Origin: an uncultured Ruminococcus sp.
Lineage (GTDB): Bacteria; Bacillota; Clostridia; Oscillospirales; Ruminococcaceae
DNA length: 64,000 bases
Reading direction: 5' to 3'
NCBI GenBank assembly: GCA_902800795.1
Contig: CADCFQ010000011.1
Location: forward strand, 1,154 to 65,153
Position numbers and translations under genes: made by a program. The notes beneath the pieces were generated by a model. The model saw nothing but the letters and a program-made list of their open reading frames with translations, was not told the DNA's origin and made no database searches. This document shows, in pieces, positions 18,875 through 26,540 of this stretch (within the stretch, counting starts at the first letter, position 1; each line of letters starts with the position of its first letter).

Positions 18875-19945
18875 ATGAAGGTTTCAGATAACAGATATTT
18901 TCAGGAGGATATTGAAAACGCTGCAAAAAGCGCAAGCGTTGACTGGGATGCGCTCAAAGGCAAGGGAGTTTTTGTCACCGGCGCCACAGGACTTTTAGGC
19001 AGCCAGATAGTTATGACGCTTCTTATGGCTAACGAGCAGAAAGACCTGGGGCTTACAGTCTATGCTCTTGTAAGGAGCGAGGAAAAGGCGAAGAACATTT
19101 TTGCTAATGTCCTTAGCGGTAGCCTTGTGTTTGTCAAGGGCGACGTTATGAAGCCTTTTGAGCTGGATGCTGATATCGACTTTGTGATCCATGCTGCTAA
19201 CCCCACCAGTTCAAAGTTCTTTGTCGAGCATCCCGTGGAGACCATAACCACAACAGTCTGCGGCACAAGAAAAATGCTCCAGCTGGCATACGAGAAGAAC
19301 GTAAGCTCCTTTGTTTTCCTCTCATCCCTCGAGGTCTACGGTATACCCTCCGCCGAGGACGGCAGAGTTACCGAGAAGGACTACGGCTACATCGACCCTA
19401 TGAGCGTGCGCAGCAGCTATTCCGAGGGCAAGAGAATGGCTGAGACTATGTGTGTGGCTTATGCTTCACAGTACGGTGTGCCTGTCAAGGTGGCAAGGCT
19501 TTGCCAATCTCTGGGTTCCGGCGTTGACTACAACGACGGCAGAGTGTTCGCACAGTTTGCAAGAGCCGCTATCGAGGGTACGGACATTGTCCTCAAGACC
19601 GACGGTTCCACCGAGAGAAACTATTCCTATATCAGCGATGCTGTTGCCGGCATCCTCACAGTTCTTACAAAGGGCGAGACTGCCCAGGCTTACAACATCG
19701 CAAACGAAGCTTCGGGCATAACTATAAAAGACCTGGCTCTGCTTTTCTGCAATGAGTTCTCGGAGGGCAGATCGAAGCTTGTGTTCGACATAGCAGAGGA
19801 CGCAACAAAGCTTGGCTACAATCCCAAAATGAAGATACTGCTCGACACCTCAAAGCTGAGAGCTCTCAGCTGGGAGCCGAAGGTCGGACTAAAGGAGACC
19901 TTCCAAAGACTTGTCGAGAGTATGAAGCTTGATAGAAAGGCCTGA
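18875..19945 (+). CDS. NAD(P)-dependent epimerase/dehydratase-family SDR
   Basis: 356 aa. Rossmann motif VFVTGATGLLGS and catalytic YSEGK (YxxxK). Confidence 0.85.
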   Translation: MKVSDNRYFQEDIENAAKSASVDWDALKGKGVFVTGATGLLGSQIVMTLLMANEQKDLGLTVYALVRSEEKAKNIFANVLSGSLVFVKGDVMKPFELDADIDFVIHAANPTSSKFFVEHPVETITTTVCGTRKMLQLAYEKNVSSFVFLSSLEVYGIPSAEDGRVTEKDYGYIDPMSVRSSYSEGKRMAETMCVAYASQYGVPVKVARLCQSLGSGVDYNDGRVFAQFARAAIEGTDIVLKTDGSTERNYSYISDAVAGILTVLTKGETAQAYNIANEASGITIKDLALLFCNEFSEGRSKLVFDIAEDATKLGYNPKMKILLDTSKLRALSWEPKVGLKETFQRLVESMKLDRKA

Positions 19946-19946
19946 T

Positions 19947-21062
19947 ATGGAACTGAAAAAACGCCTGAAACAGGAAGCGAAATTTATCCTGCACAGGTTC
20001 GTGCTGCCCCTTGTTTATAACAGATACCGCTCGAAGCCGACAGTGAAGGGCAGAGTGGTGTTTGCCGACTCCAACACAGACACGCTGCCGGAGAGTATGC
20101 GCCTTGTTTATGAGCGCCTTTCGGAGCGTGAGGACATCGACATAAAGCTTTGCCTGTGTGATCTGAGAAAGGCAGGGCTCAGGCAGAAGCTTTCGTTTAT
20201 CACTGGCTTTATGAAAGAATACACCCGGGCAGAATATGTGTTTATCTGCAATTATTTTCTGCCCGTCACATCCTGCCGCAAGAAAAAGGACACAAAGGTG
20301 ATCCAGCTGTGGCATTCCTGCGGCCTGCTCAAAAAGTTCGCTTATGACACTCCCGATGATATCTCGCCCTATTACAGAGGAAACGTGAACCGGAACATCT
20401 CGATGATAACGGTCAGCTCTCCTGCTGTGAAGGCGGTCTTCGAGAGCGCATACCGCCTGGAGGGCATCCACAGGAAAATGGTTCGTGCTGTTGGCGTGAG
20501 CAGGACGGATGTGTTCTTTGACAAGGCCTATCTTGACCGCTGCCGTGACAGGCTGTTTGAAAGATACCCGCAGTTTCAGGGGAAAAAGATCGTTCTTTAT
20601 GCGCCCACTTTCAGAGGCACAGCGGCACAGGCAAGGCTTGTGGGGGAGGAGCATATAAAGGCGCTGCAAAAAAAACTCGGTGATGACTGGGCTGTGATAA
20701 TGAAGCCTCACCCGCACATAAAGGGGGCGCAATCAAACTGCGATATCCCGACCCCGGAGCTTTTTTCTGCGGCGGATGTGCTTATCAGCGATTACTCGTC
20801 GCTCATTTTTGAGTATGCGCTTCTGAGAAAGCCCTTCGTGCTTTTTATGCCCGACTATGATGAGTATGTAAAGAGCAGGGGGTTCTATGTTGATCCTGCG
20901 GATTTTCCCTGTGAGATTATCAAGGACGGCGAGGAGCTTGCTGACAGTGTTCTGCGTGCTTACGGCAGGAAAGCAGGAGAGGACTATGAACAGTTTCTGC
21001 GTTATCACATGAGCGCCTGCGACGGCCACGCAACAGACAGGATACTGAGAGTTGTAAAATAA
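19947..21062 (+). CDS. CDP-glycerol glycerophosphotransferase family protein (TagB/TagF-like, short form)
   Basis: Start moved to ATG 19947, 1 nt after the upstream stop. TagB/F blocks VIQLWHSCGLLKKF, ILYAPTFRG and LISDYSSLIFEYALLRKPFVLFMPD. Confidence 0.8.
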   Translation: MELKKRLKQEAKFILHRFVLPLVYNRYRSKPTVKGRVVFADSNTDTLPESMRLVYERLSEREDIDIKLCLCDLRKAGLRQKLSFITGFMKEYTRAEYVFICNYFLPVTSCRKKKDTKVIQLWHSCGLLKKFAYDTPDDISPYYRGNVNRNISMITVSSPAVKAVFESAYRLEGIHRKMVRAVGVSRTDVFFDKAYLDRCRDRLFERYPQFQGKKIVLYAPTFRGTAAQARLVGEEHIKALQKKLGDDWAVIMKPHPHIKGAQSNCDIPTPELFSAADVLISDYSSLIFEYALLRKPFVLFMPDYDEYVKSRGFYVDPADFPCEIIKDGEELADSVLRAYGRKAGEDYEQFLRYHMSACDGHATDRILRVVK

Positions 21063-21106
21063 AAACAAGACCCCAAAACAGAGTAAACTGTTTTGGGGCT
21101 TTTGTG
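21062..21106. terminator. bidirectional Rho-independent terminator
   Basis: Hairpin AGACCCCAAAACAG-agtaaa-CTGTTTTGGGGCT with an A-run 5' and a T-run 3'. Confidence 0.85.
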
Positions 21107-21120
21107 TGTTCAGAGAAAGA

Positions 21121-21747
21121 TCAGAAAAGCTGTCCCGGAAGCTTCAGCTTCTCCTTGTAAGGGAAGCCTTTGTCAAACTCCTCGACCTCCTTGTCGCTTA
21201 CATAGTAGCCCTGCGGTGTCTGATAAACGCCGGTGACATCGTCGAGCCAGCCGCTAATAAGCTCCTTGCACAGGAAGAACGAAGAGTCGGCATCCTCGGG
21301 CAGATCGTGATATCTTATGCCGGATCTTGAGGCATAGTCAAAACCGCTCTTGCCGTAAAAGCCGATATCGCCTTCAAACAGCACAGCCCCGAAGCCGAGC
21401 TCACGGGCTTTTTCAAGGGAGCAGTCCAGAAGCTTTTTCCCATACCCCTTGCGTTTTAACTCAGGCGCAATGCAGATAGGTCCCATTGTGAGAACGTCGA
21501 TGATCCTTCCGTCATCGGTTTCAATAACAGTTTTCATAAACATATTCTGACCGATGATAACGCCGTCCTTTTCCATAACGAGGTCCAGCTCTTTTACAAA
21601 AGCCGGGTCATCTCTCAGCCTGTGGATAACATAGTGCTCATAACAGCCCGGACGGTATACGTTCCAGAACGAATCTCTTATAAGGCTTTCGACCTCTCTG
21701 TGATCTTTTTTCTTCTCCAAACGGATGATACAGTCATTTTTATTCAT
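21121..21747 (-). CDS. GNAT-family N-acetyltransferase
   Basis: 208 aa. Acetyl-CoA binding block ICIAPELKRKGYGKKLL (Q/RxxGxG/A type). YhbS-like length. Confidence 0.85.
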   Translation of the reverse strand: MNKNDCIIRLEKKKDHREVESLIRDSFWNVYRPGCYEHYVIHRLRDDPAFVKELDLVMEKDGVIIGQNMFMKTVIETDDGRIIDVLTMGPICIAPELKRKGYGKKLLDCSLEKARELGFGAVLFEGDIGFYGKSGFDYASRSGIRYHDLPEDADSSFFLCKELISGWLDDVTGVYQTPQGYYVSDKEVEEFDKGFPYKEKLKLPGQLF

Positions 21748-21914
21748 TATTTTACCTCCTGAAAATTGTTGACATCAACAGCCCTCGGGCGGGAGGTCTG
21801 ACAGATCGCAAGCAGACCTCCCGGTCAGCCCGCTATCTCCAATGTGTTGTACTTTTTCAAACAGCACTCTCCTGAATATAATATTGTTCAGACCCTTTCC
21901 GGCCTGACAGCTTT

Positions 21915-21943
21915 ATTATACACCGCCGGGCACCTGTTGTCAA
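21915..21943 (-). promoter_or_regulatory. sigma-A type promoter of the GNAT gene (long 5' leader follows)
   Basis: Minus strand TTGACA (21938-21943), 17-nt spacer, TATAAT (21915-21920). The start codon lies about 165 nt downstream. Confidence 0.65.
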
Positions 21944-21949
21944 TTGCTG

Positions 21950-21987
21950 TAAAACAAAAACCGCTGTATTTTAAAAATACAGCGGTA
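21950..21987 (-). terminator. Rho-independent terminator of purA
   Basis: Minus-strand hairpin ACCGCTGTAT-ttttaaaa-ATACAGCGGT followed by a U-run. Confidence 0.85.
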
Positions 21988-22001
21988 TGATCTATTATGT
22001 T

Positions 22002-23294
22002 TTATTTTTTCAGCTTGGACTCTCTGTAGATGATGTCCTCTCTCTTGGGTCCGTTGGAGACCATAGTTATCGGGAAGCCTATCTGCTCCTCAACAAAGTC
22101 TATGTAAGCCTTGCATTTCTCAGGCAGGTCTTCATACTTTCTGATGCCCCTGATATCCTCTTTCCAGCCGTCCAGCTCCTTGAGAACAGGCTTAGCCTTT
22201 TCGAGCTTCTGAGTAGTCGGGAAGTCCTTTGTTACCTCGCCGTCTATCTCATAGCCTACACAAACCGGGATCTTATCAAGATAGCCCAAAACGTCAAGCA
22301 CAGTGAAAGCGACATCTGTCGTTCCCTGTATACGGCAGCCGTATCTGGAAGCCACACAATCAAACCAGCCCATTCTTCTGGGTCTGCCGGTGGTAGCACC
22401 GAACTCTCCGCCGTTGCCGCCTCTCTTTCTCAGCTCGTCAGCCTCTTCTCCGAAGATCTCGGAAACGAAAGCGCCTGCGCCCACAGCAGAAGAGTAAGCC
22501 TTTACAACGGTCACTATCTTCTTGATCTCATAGGGCGGAAGTCCTGCGCCGATAGCGCCGTAAGCCGCCAGAGTGGACGAGGATGTTACCATAGGATAGA
22601 TACCGTGGTCAGGGTCCTTGAGCGAGCCCAGCTGACCCTCAAGCAGTATCTTCTTGTCAAGCTTCACTGCGTTCCAGAGATAAGCCGAAACGTCACAAAC
22701 ATAAGGCTCGATCATCCTCTTATACTCCATAAGAGTATCAAACAGCTCGCCCTCATCTATCTCGGGCTTGTTGTAAAGGTGCTTGAGGAGGATGTTCTTT
22801 GTCTCCAGCACTCTGTGTATCTTGACTTTAAGAGCTTCCTCATCGAACAGCTCCTGAACCTGGAAGCCGATCTTTGCATATTTATCGGAATAGAAAGGAG
22901 CGATACCGCTCTTTGTCGAACCAAAGCTTGCCTTGCCTAGTCTCTCCTCCTCATACTGGTCAAACAGTACATGATAAGGCATTACCATCTGTGCTCTGTC
23001 GGATACCAGAAGCTTGGGAGCGGGAACGCCCTGCTCGATAACGGAGTTATATTCCTTGAAAAGCTTCGGGATATCCAGCGCAACACCGTTACCGACGATG
23101 TTTACGGTGTTAGGTGAAAAAACGCCCGAAGGAAGCGTGTGAAGAGCGAACTCGCCATAGTTGTTTACTATGCTGTGTCCGGCATTTGCACCGCCCTGAA
23201 AACGTATAACGATATCGGATTCCTGTGCGAGCATATCGGTGATCTTGCCCTTGCCCTCATCGCCCCAGTTCGCACCTACGATAGCACTTACCAT
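22002..23294 (-). CDS. purA: adenylosuccinate synthase
   Basis: Start moved to ATG 23294 (AAGGAGG RBS). N-terminus MVSAIVGANWGDEGKGKITD, plus GTTGRPRR and the rest of the family-typical sequence. Confidence 0.95.
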   Translation of the reverse strand: MVSAIVGANWGDEGKGKITDMLAQESDIVIRFQGGANAGHSIVNNYGEFALHTLPSGVFSPNTVNIVGNGVALDIPKLFKEYNSVIEQGVPAPKLLVSDRAQMVMPYHVLFDQYEEERLGKASFGSTKSGIAPFYSDKYAKIGFQVQELFDEEALKVKIHRVLETKNILLKHLYNKPEIDEGELFDTLMEYKRMIEPYVCDVSAYLWNAVKLDKKILLEGQLGSLKDPDHGIYPMVTSSSTLAAYGAIGAGLPPYEIKKIVTVVKAYSSAVGAGAFVSEIFGEEADELRKRGGNGGEFGATTGRPRRMGWFDCVASRYGCRIQGTTDVAFTVLDVLGYLDKIPVCVGYEIDGEVTKDFPTTQKLEKAKPVLKELDGWKEDIRGIRKYEDLPEKCKAYIDFVEEQIGFPITMVSNGPKREDIIYRESKLKK

Positions 23295-23350
23295 TGATTT
23301 TTCCTCCTTGCCCGAAAGCAAATCTAATTACGACTAAACAAACACAATAT

Positions 23351-23379
23351 ATTATATCACAATCAAAGCCCCGTGTAAA
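23351..23379 (-). promoter_or_regulatory. sigma-A type promoter of purA
   Basis: Minus strand TTTACA (23374-23379), 17-nt spacer, TATAAT (23351-23356). Confidence 0.6.
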
Positions 23380-23473
23380 CAGCTGACCGCCACTTTTTAC
23401 ATTTTAGAAATAATTTGCTTCTGAAAGGCGCCCGGAAAAAGAAAAGAGAAGCCCGGGAATTTTAAATTCAGTA

Positions 23474-23502
23474 TTGAATTTCTTTGAAAAATGTATTATA
23501 AT
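23474..23502 (+). promoter_or_regulatory. sigma-A type promoter of the lipoprotein gene
   Basis: TTGAAT (23474-23479), 17-nt spacer, TATAAT (23497-23502). Confidence 0.6.
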
Positions 23503-23540
23503 AACTATGTATGCAGATAACCCTTAACAGAGGTGATATA

Positions 23541-24695
23541 ATGAAACTGAAAAAGACAGCGGCTTTTTTGTCGTCAGCGGTCATGGCGCTCTGTTCGTTT
23601 GCGCTCACAGGCTGTGAGGACAAACCCAGCCAGGACTCGTCCTCGGACGATGTTTCGATAAAAAACAGCACGAATGCCGTGGCGGGCAAGGTGGAGCTCA
23701 AGGAATACTCCTTCCCGGAGTTTCTGACGGAGCTTGATGACAGCACGCCCTATTACAGCACGGCGTTTTCAAGCTTTGACGCTTCAAGGCTCATAGAGAA
23801 GGTGGACAACCAGCCTTACCAGGACTATGACTGCAAGAGCCTGATAGATGACACGCTTTATGTGTTTGCTGGTGACAACGGAAAAGAAGGGCTCCTTGAT
23901 AAAAACGGCGACGTCGTTCTTGAGGCCTCTGCTTATTCAAGGATCGTTCTTGCCGGCGAGAGGGTGCTGGCTCTTTATGAGAACGGCGACAGCGGCGAGC
24001 CTTCAAAGTTTGTGAAGTATGACTCCCATGGGTCTCTTACGGACTATGACCCGCCGGAGTTTGACAAGGACAAGATCCTTATCTCCGATGCCTATTCCGC
24101 AGACCCCGAAAAGGCAGGGACTGTGTTCAAAGCGGTCTATCTGCCGGACGGCGGCTCAGTGGGTCTGGAGGACGAAAGCTTTATGCTTTTTGACTCTGCC
24201 GAGTGGGCAGATAAGGATGCCTATGCCGATATAGATAACTGCAAAGCTGCGATAAAGGCCGACCTTGACGGCAAGCATTATCTTATCTGCTTTGACGAGC
24301 TTTATAACTACACCGTCTGTGAGACAGCCTATGCGGCTGTTCGCCTTAAGGTGGGCGACGTTTACGGCGAGTGTACGGTCAACAGGTATGAGGACTATTT
24401 CGAGCTTGTCAATATGATAGACAGCTTCGGCCTTGCTTCGGGACAGTCGTCTCCGTCAAAGGATCATTCTCTTGATTTCATACAGATAGAAACAGGTCTT
24501 GGCACAGCAGAGCACAAGCAGTATACCTTCTCTCCCGACGGCTACTGCCTGACGGACGTGCTCACGGCTGACGGCGAAAAGCCTGTGGACAAATACTTCT
24601 CCTACCTTGACAAAGAGGACTTTGTGGACCTCGTTTTATGGGTAGATCAGGTGCTTTCAGGAGAATATGAGGCAAAAACCGACAGCGAGGACTAA
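23541..24695 (+). CDS. hypothetical lipoprotein
   Basis: Start moved to ATG 23541 (GAGGTG RBS). Signal peptide plus lipobox (ALCSFALTGC). Acidic mature part with no recognisable domain. Confidence 0.7.
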   Translation: MKLKKTAAFLSSAVMALCSFALTGCEDKPSQDSSSDDVSIKNSTNAVAGKVELKEYSFPEFLTELDDSTPYYSTAFSSFDASRLIEKVDNQPYQDYDCKSLIDDTLYVFAGDNGKEGLLDKNGDVVLEASAYSRIVLAGERVLALYENGDSGEPSKFVKYDSHGSLTDYDPPEFDKDKILISDAYSADPEKAGTVFKAVYLPDGGSVGLEDESFMLFDSAEWADKDAYADIDNCKAAIKADLDGKHYLICFDELYNYTVCETAYAAVRLKVGDVYGECTVNRYEDYFELVNMIDSFGLASGQSSPSKDHSLDFIQIETGLGTAEHKQYTFSPDGYCLTDVLTADGEKPVDKYFSYLDKEDFVDLVLWVDQVLSGEYEAKTDSED

Positions 24696-24838
24696 AAAGA
24701 CCGTTTTTTTGTACATATAATACATTTAACTATTGACATCTCTCCTTTGTTGTGTTATTATTTATAAGGTGGATTATGTCTTGAATAATCACCGGCTTTT
24801 TGCAGATACTTTCGTTATAACGAAACGGAGGTATCATT

Positions 24839-25534
24839 ATGCAGGAGATGCAGGAGCAGGAAGCTGTTTTGCAGCCGCTGCCTTGTGAAGAGGAATTTAC
24901 CGCAGGGCTCGGCAGTATAGATATAAGGGATGCAAAACACAGCATCCACTGTCTTAATATCATCGGTCAGATAGAGGGGCATTATATGCTTCCGGCCGAT
25001 AACAAGACAACAAAGTATGAGCATATCATCCCCACGCTCGTTTCCGTTGAACAGGATATGAGCATCGAGGGACTGCTGATTATACTGAACACTGTGGGTG
25101 GAGACGTTGAGGCAGGTCTGGCCATAGCCGAGCTTATCTCGGGGATGAGCAAGCCTACCGTTTCGCTGGTGGTGGGAGGAGGCCATTCGATAGGCGTGCC
25201 TCTTGCAGTAAGTGCGAAGCGTTCGTTCATTGTCCGCAGCGCCACTATGACGATACACCCTGTCAGGATGAACGGCCTTGTGCCGGGTATCCCGCAGACG
25301 CTCTCGTATTTTGAGAAGATGCAGGACAGGATAGTGCGCTTTGTCACCGACAACTCGAATATCAGCGAGCAGAGGTTTCGTGAGCTTATCATGGCCACGG
25401 GTCAGCTCGTTATGGATGTGGGCTCGGTGGTGGAGGGCCGGCAGGCTGTTGAAGAGGGGCTGATAGACTGTCTCGGCGGCCTTTCACAGGCGGTCGGGGA
25501 GCTTTATAAAATGATAGAAGACGGGCAGAGCTGA
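24839..25534 (+). CDS. ClpP-fold protein, TepA-like (translocation-enhancing / Clp protease-like)
   Basis: 231 aa. ClpP/crotonase-like core ([21 protein letters not shown]...VGGGHSIG...MTIHPVR). A position upstream of ftsK mirrors the B. subtilis tepA-spoIIIE neighbourhood. Confidence 0.75.
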   Translation: MQEMQEQEAVLQPLPCEEEFTAGLGSIDIRDAKHSIHCLNIIGQIEGHYMLPADNKTTKYEHIIPTLVSVEQDMSIEGLLIILNTVGGDVEAGLAIAELISGMSKPTVSLVVGGGHSIGVPLAVSAKRSFIVRSATMTIHPVRMNGLVPGIPQTLSYFEKMQDRIVRFVTDNSNISEQRFRELIMATGQLVMDVGSVVEGRQAVEEGLIDCLGGLSQAVGELYKMIEDGQS

Positions 25535-25574
25535 CAGCGGCCCGTTTACATAGACAGACATCAGGGAGGACATT

Positions 25575-26441
25575 ATGGGTATATTGAGTGCGATCTTTCA
25601 GGCGGTCATTCAGGGGCTGACAGAGTTTCTGCCCGTATCCAGCTCGGGGCATTTATCGCTTTATCAGCATTTCACCGGCAACAGCGGTGAGGGTGCGCTT
25701 TTCTTTTCGGCGGTGCTCCATCTGGGAACGCTGGTAGCGGTGTGTTTAGCCTTCAGGCAGACGATCTGGGCTATGATAAAGGAGCTTGGCGAGATGTTCA
25801 AGGACATCGGTCACCGCCGCTTCACACTTAAAAACATGAATGTCGAGCGCAGGATGATAATTATGATGATACTCTCCTGCCTGTGTCTTGGACCTTTTGT
25901 TTTTGTCAAGGATTGGTTCGAGGGCATAGCCGAGGACAAGAGCATTTTTGCCGAGGGACTTTGCTTCCTTTACACGGCGGCTATCCTTTATATGTCCGAC
26001 AGATGCGCAAAGGGGACAAAGACCGCCGAGGACATAAAGGCTAAGGATGCTGTGACGGTGGGTCTGTTCCAGGCGGTAGCACTGCTGCCGGGAGTTTCAA
26101 GGTCGGGCTCCACCATAAGCGCCGGTCTTTTCAGCGGCTTTACGAGAGAGCTTGCGGTCAAGTATTCGTTCATCCTGGGCATACCCGTTATACTTATGAG
26201 CTGTCTTATCGAGGTCAAGGATGCTGTGACATCCGAGGCGGCTATACCCTGGGGTGCCTGCTTCGTGGGATTTATAGTGGCGGCGTTTGTGGGGCTTGTG
26301 GCTATCAAGCTCGTTACCTGGCTCGTCCGCAAGGATCGCTTCAGGATCTTTGCTTACTATACCGCTGTACTTGGAATAATCGTTCTGCTCATCTCCTTTA
26401 TCGAGCTTTGCATGGGCAGACCTATCGTATTTAATTCATAA
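25575..26441 (+). CDS. uppP: undecaprenyl-diphosphate phosphatase
   Basis: 288 aa. BacA/UppP signatures QGLTEFLPVSSSGHL and PGVSRSGSTI. Polytopic membrane protein. Confidence 0.93.
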   Translation: MGILSAIFQAVIQGLTEFLPVSSSGHLSLYQHFTGNSGEGALFFSAVLHLGTLVAVCLAFRQTIWAMIKELGEMFKDIGHRRFTLKNMNVERRMIIMMILSCLCLGPFVFVKDWFEGIAEDKSIFAEGLCFLYTAAILYMSDRCAKGTKTAEDIKAKDAVTVGLFQAVALLPGVSRSGSTISAGLFSGFTRELAVKYSFILGIPVILMSCLIEVKDAVTSEAAIPWGACFVGFIVAAFVGLVAIKLVTWLVRKDRFRIFAYYTAVLGIIVLLISFIELCMGRPIVFNS

Positions 26442-26472
26442 TCAGAGCCTGACTACCGGGCAGGCAGCAAAA

Positions 26473-26511
26473 AGTCTGAAATCAGGGCGAAATGCCGTTT
26501 CAGGCTTTTTG
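26473..26511 (+). terminator. probable Rho-independent terminator after uppP
   Basis: Imperfect hairpin GTCTGAAA...TTTCAGGC followed by a T5 run. Confidence 0.55.
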
Positions 26512-26540
26512 GAGTTTTAGGAAAGGATTGAAAGCTTTAA

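Noticed and set aside
21748-21914. ZTP (pfl) or guanidine-I (ykkC) riboswitch in the GNAT leader.
   Set aside because: Superficial matches (GACCGGGAGG, CCGCCCGAGGGC) do not reproduce the conserved cores or pseudoknot arrangement as I remember them. The gene context (GNAT) is also atypical for ZTP.
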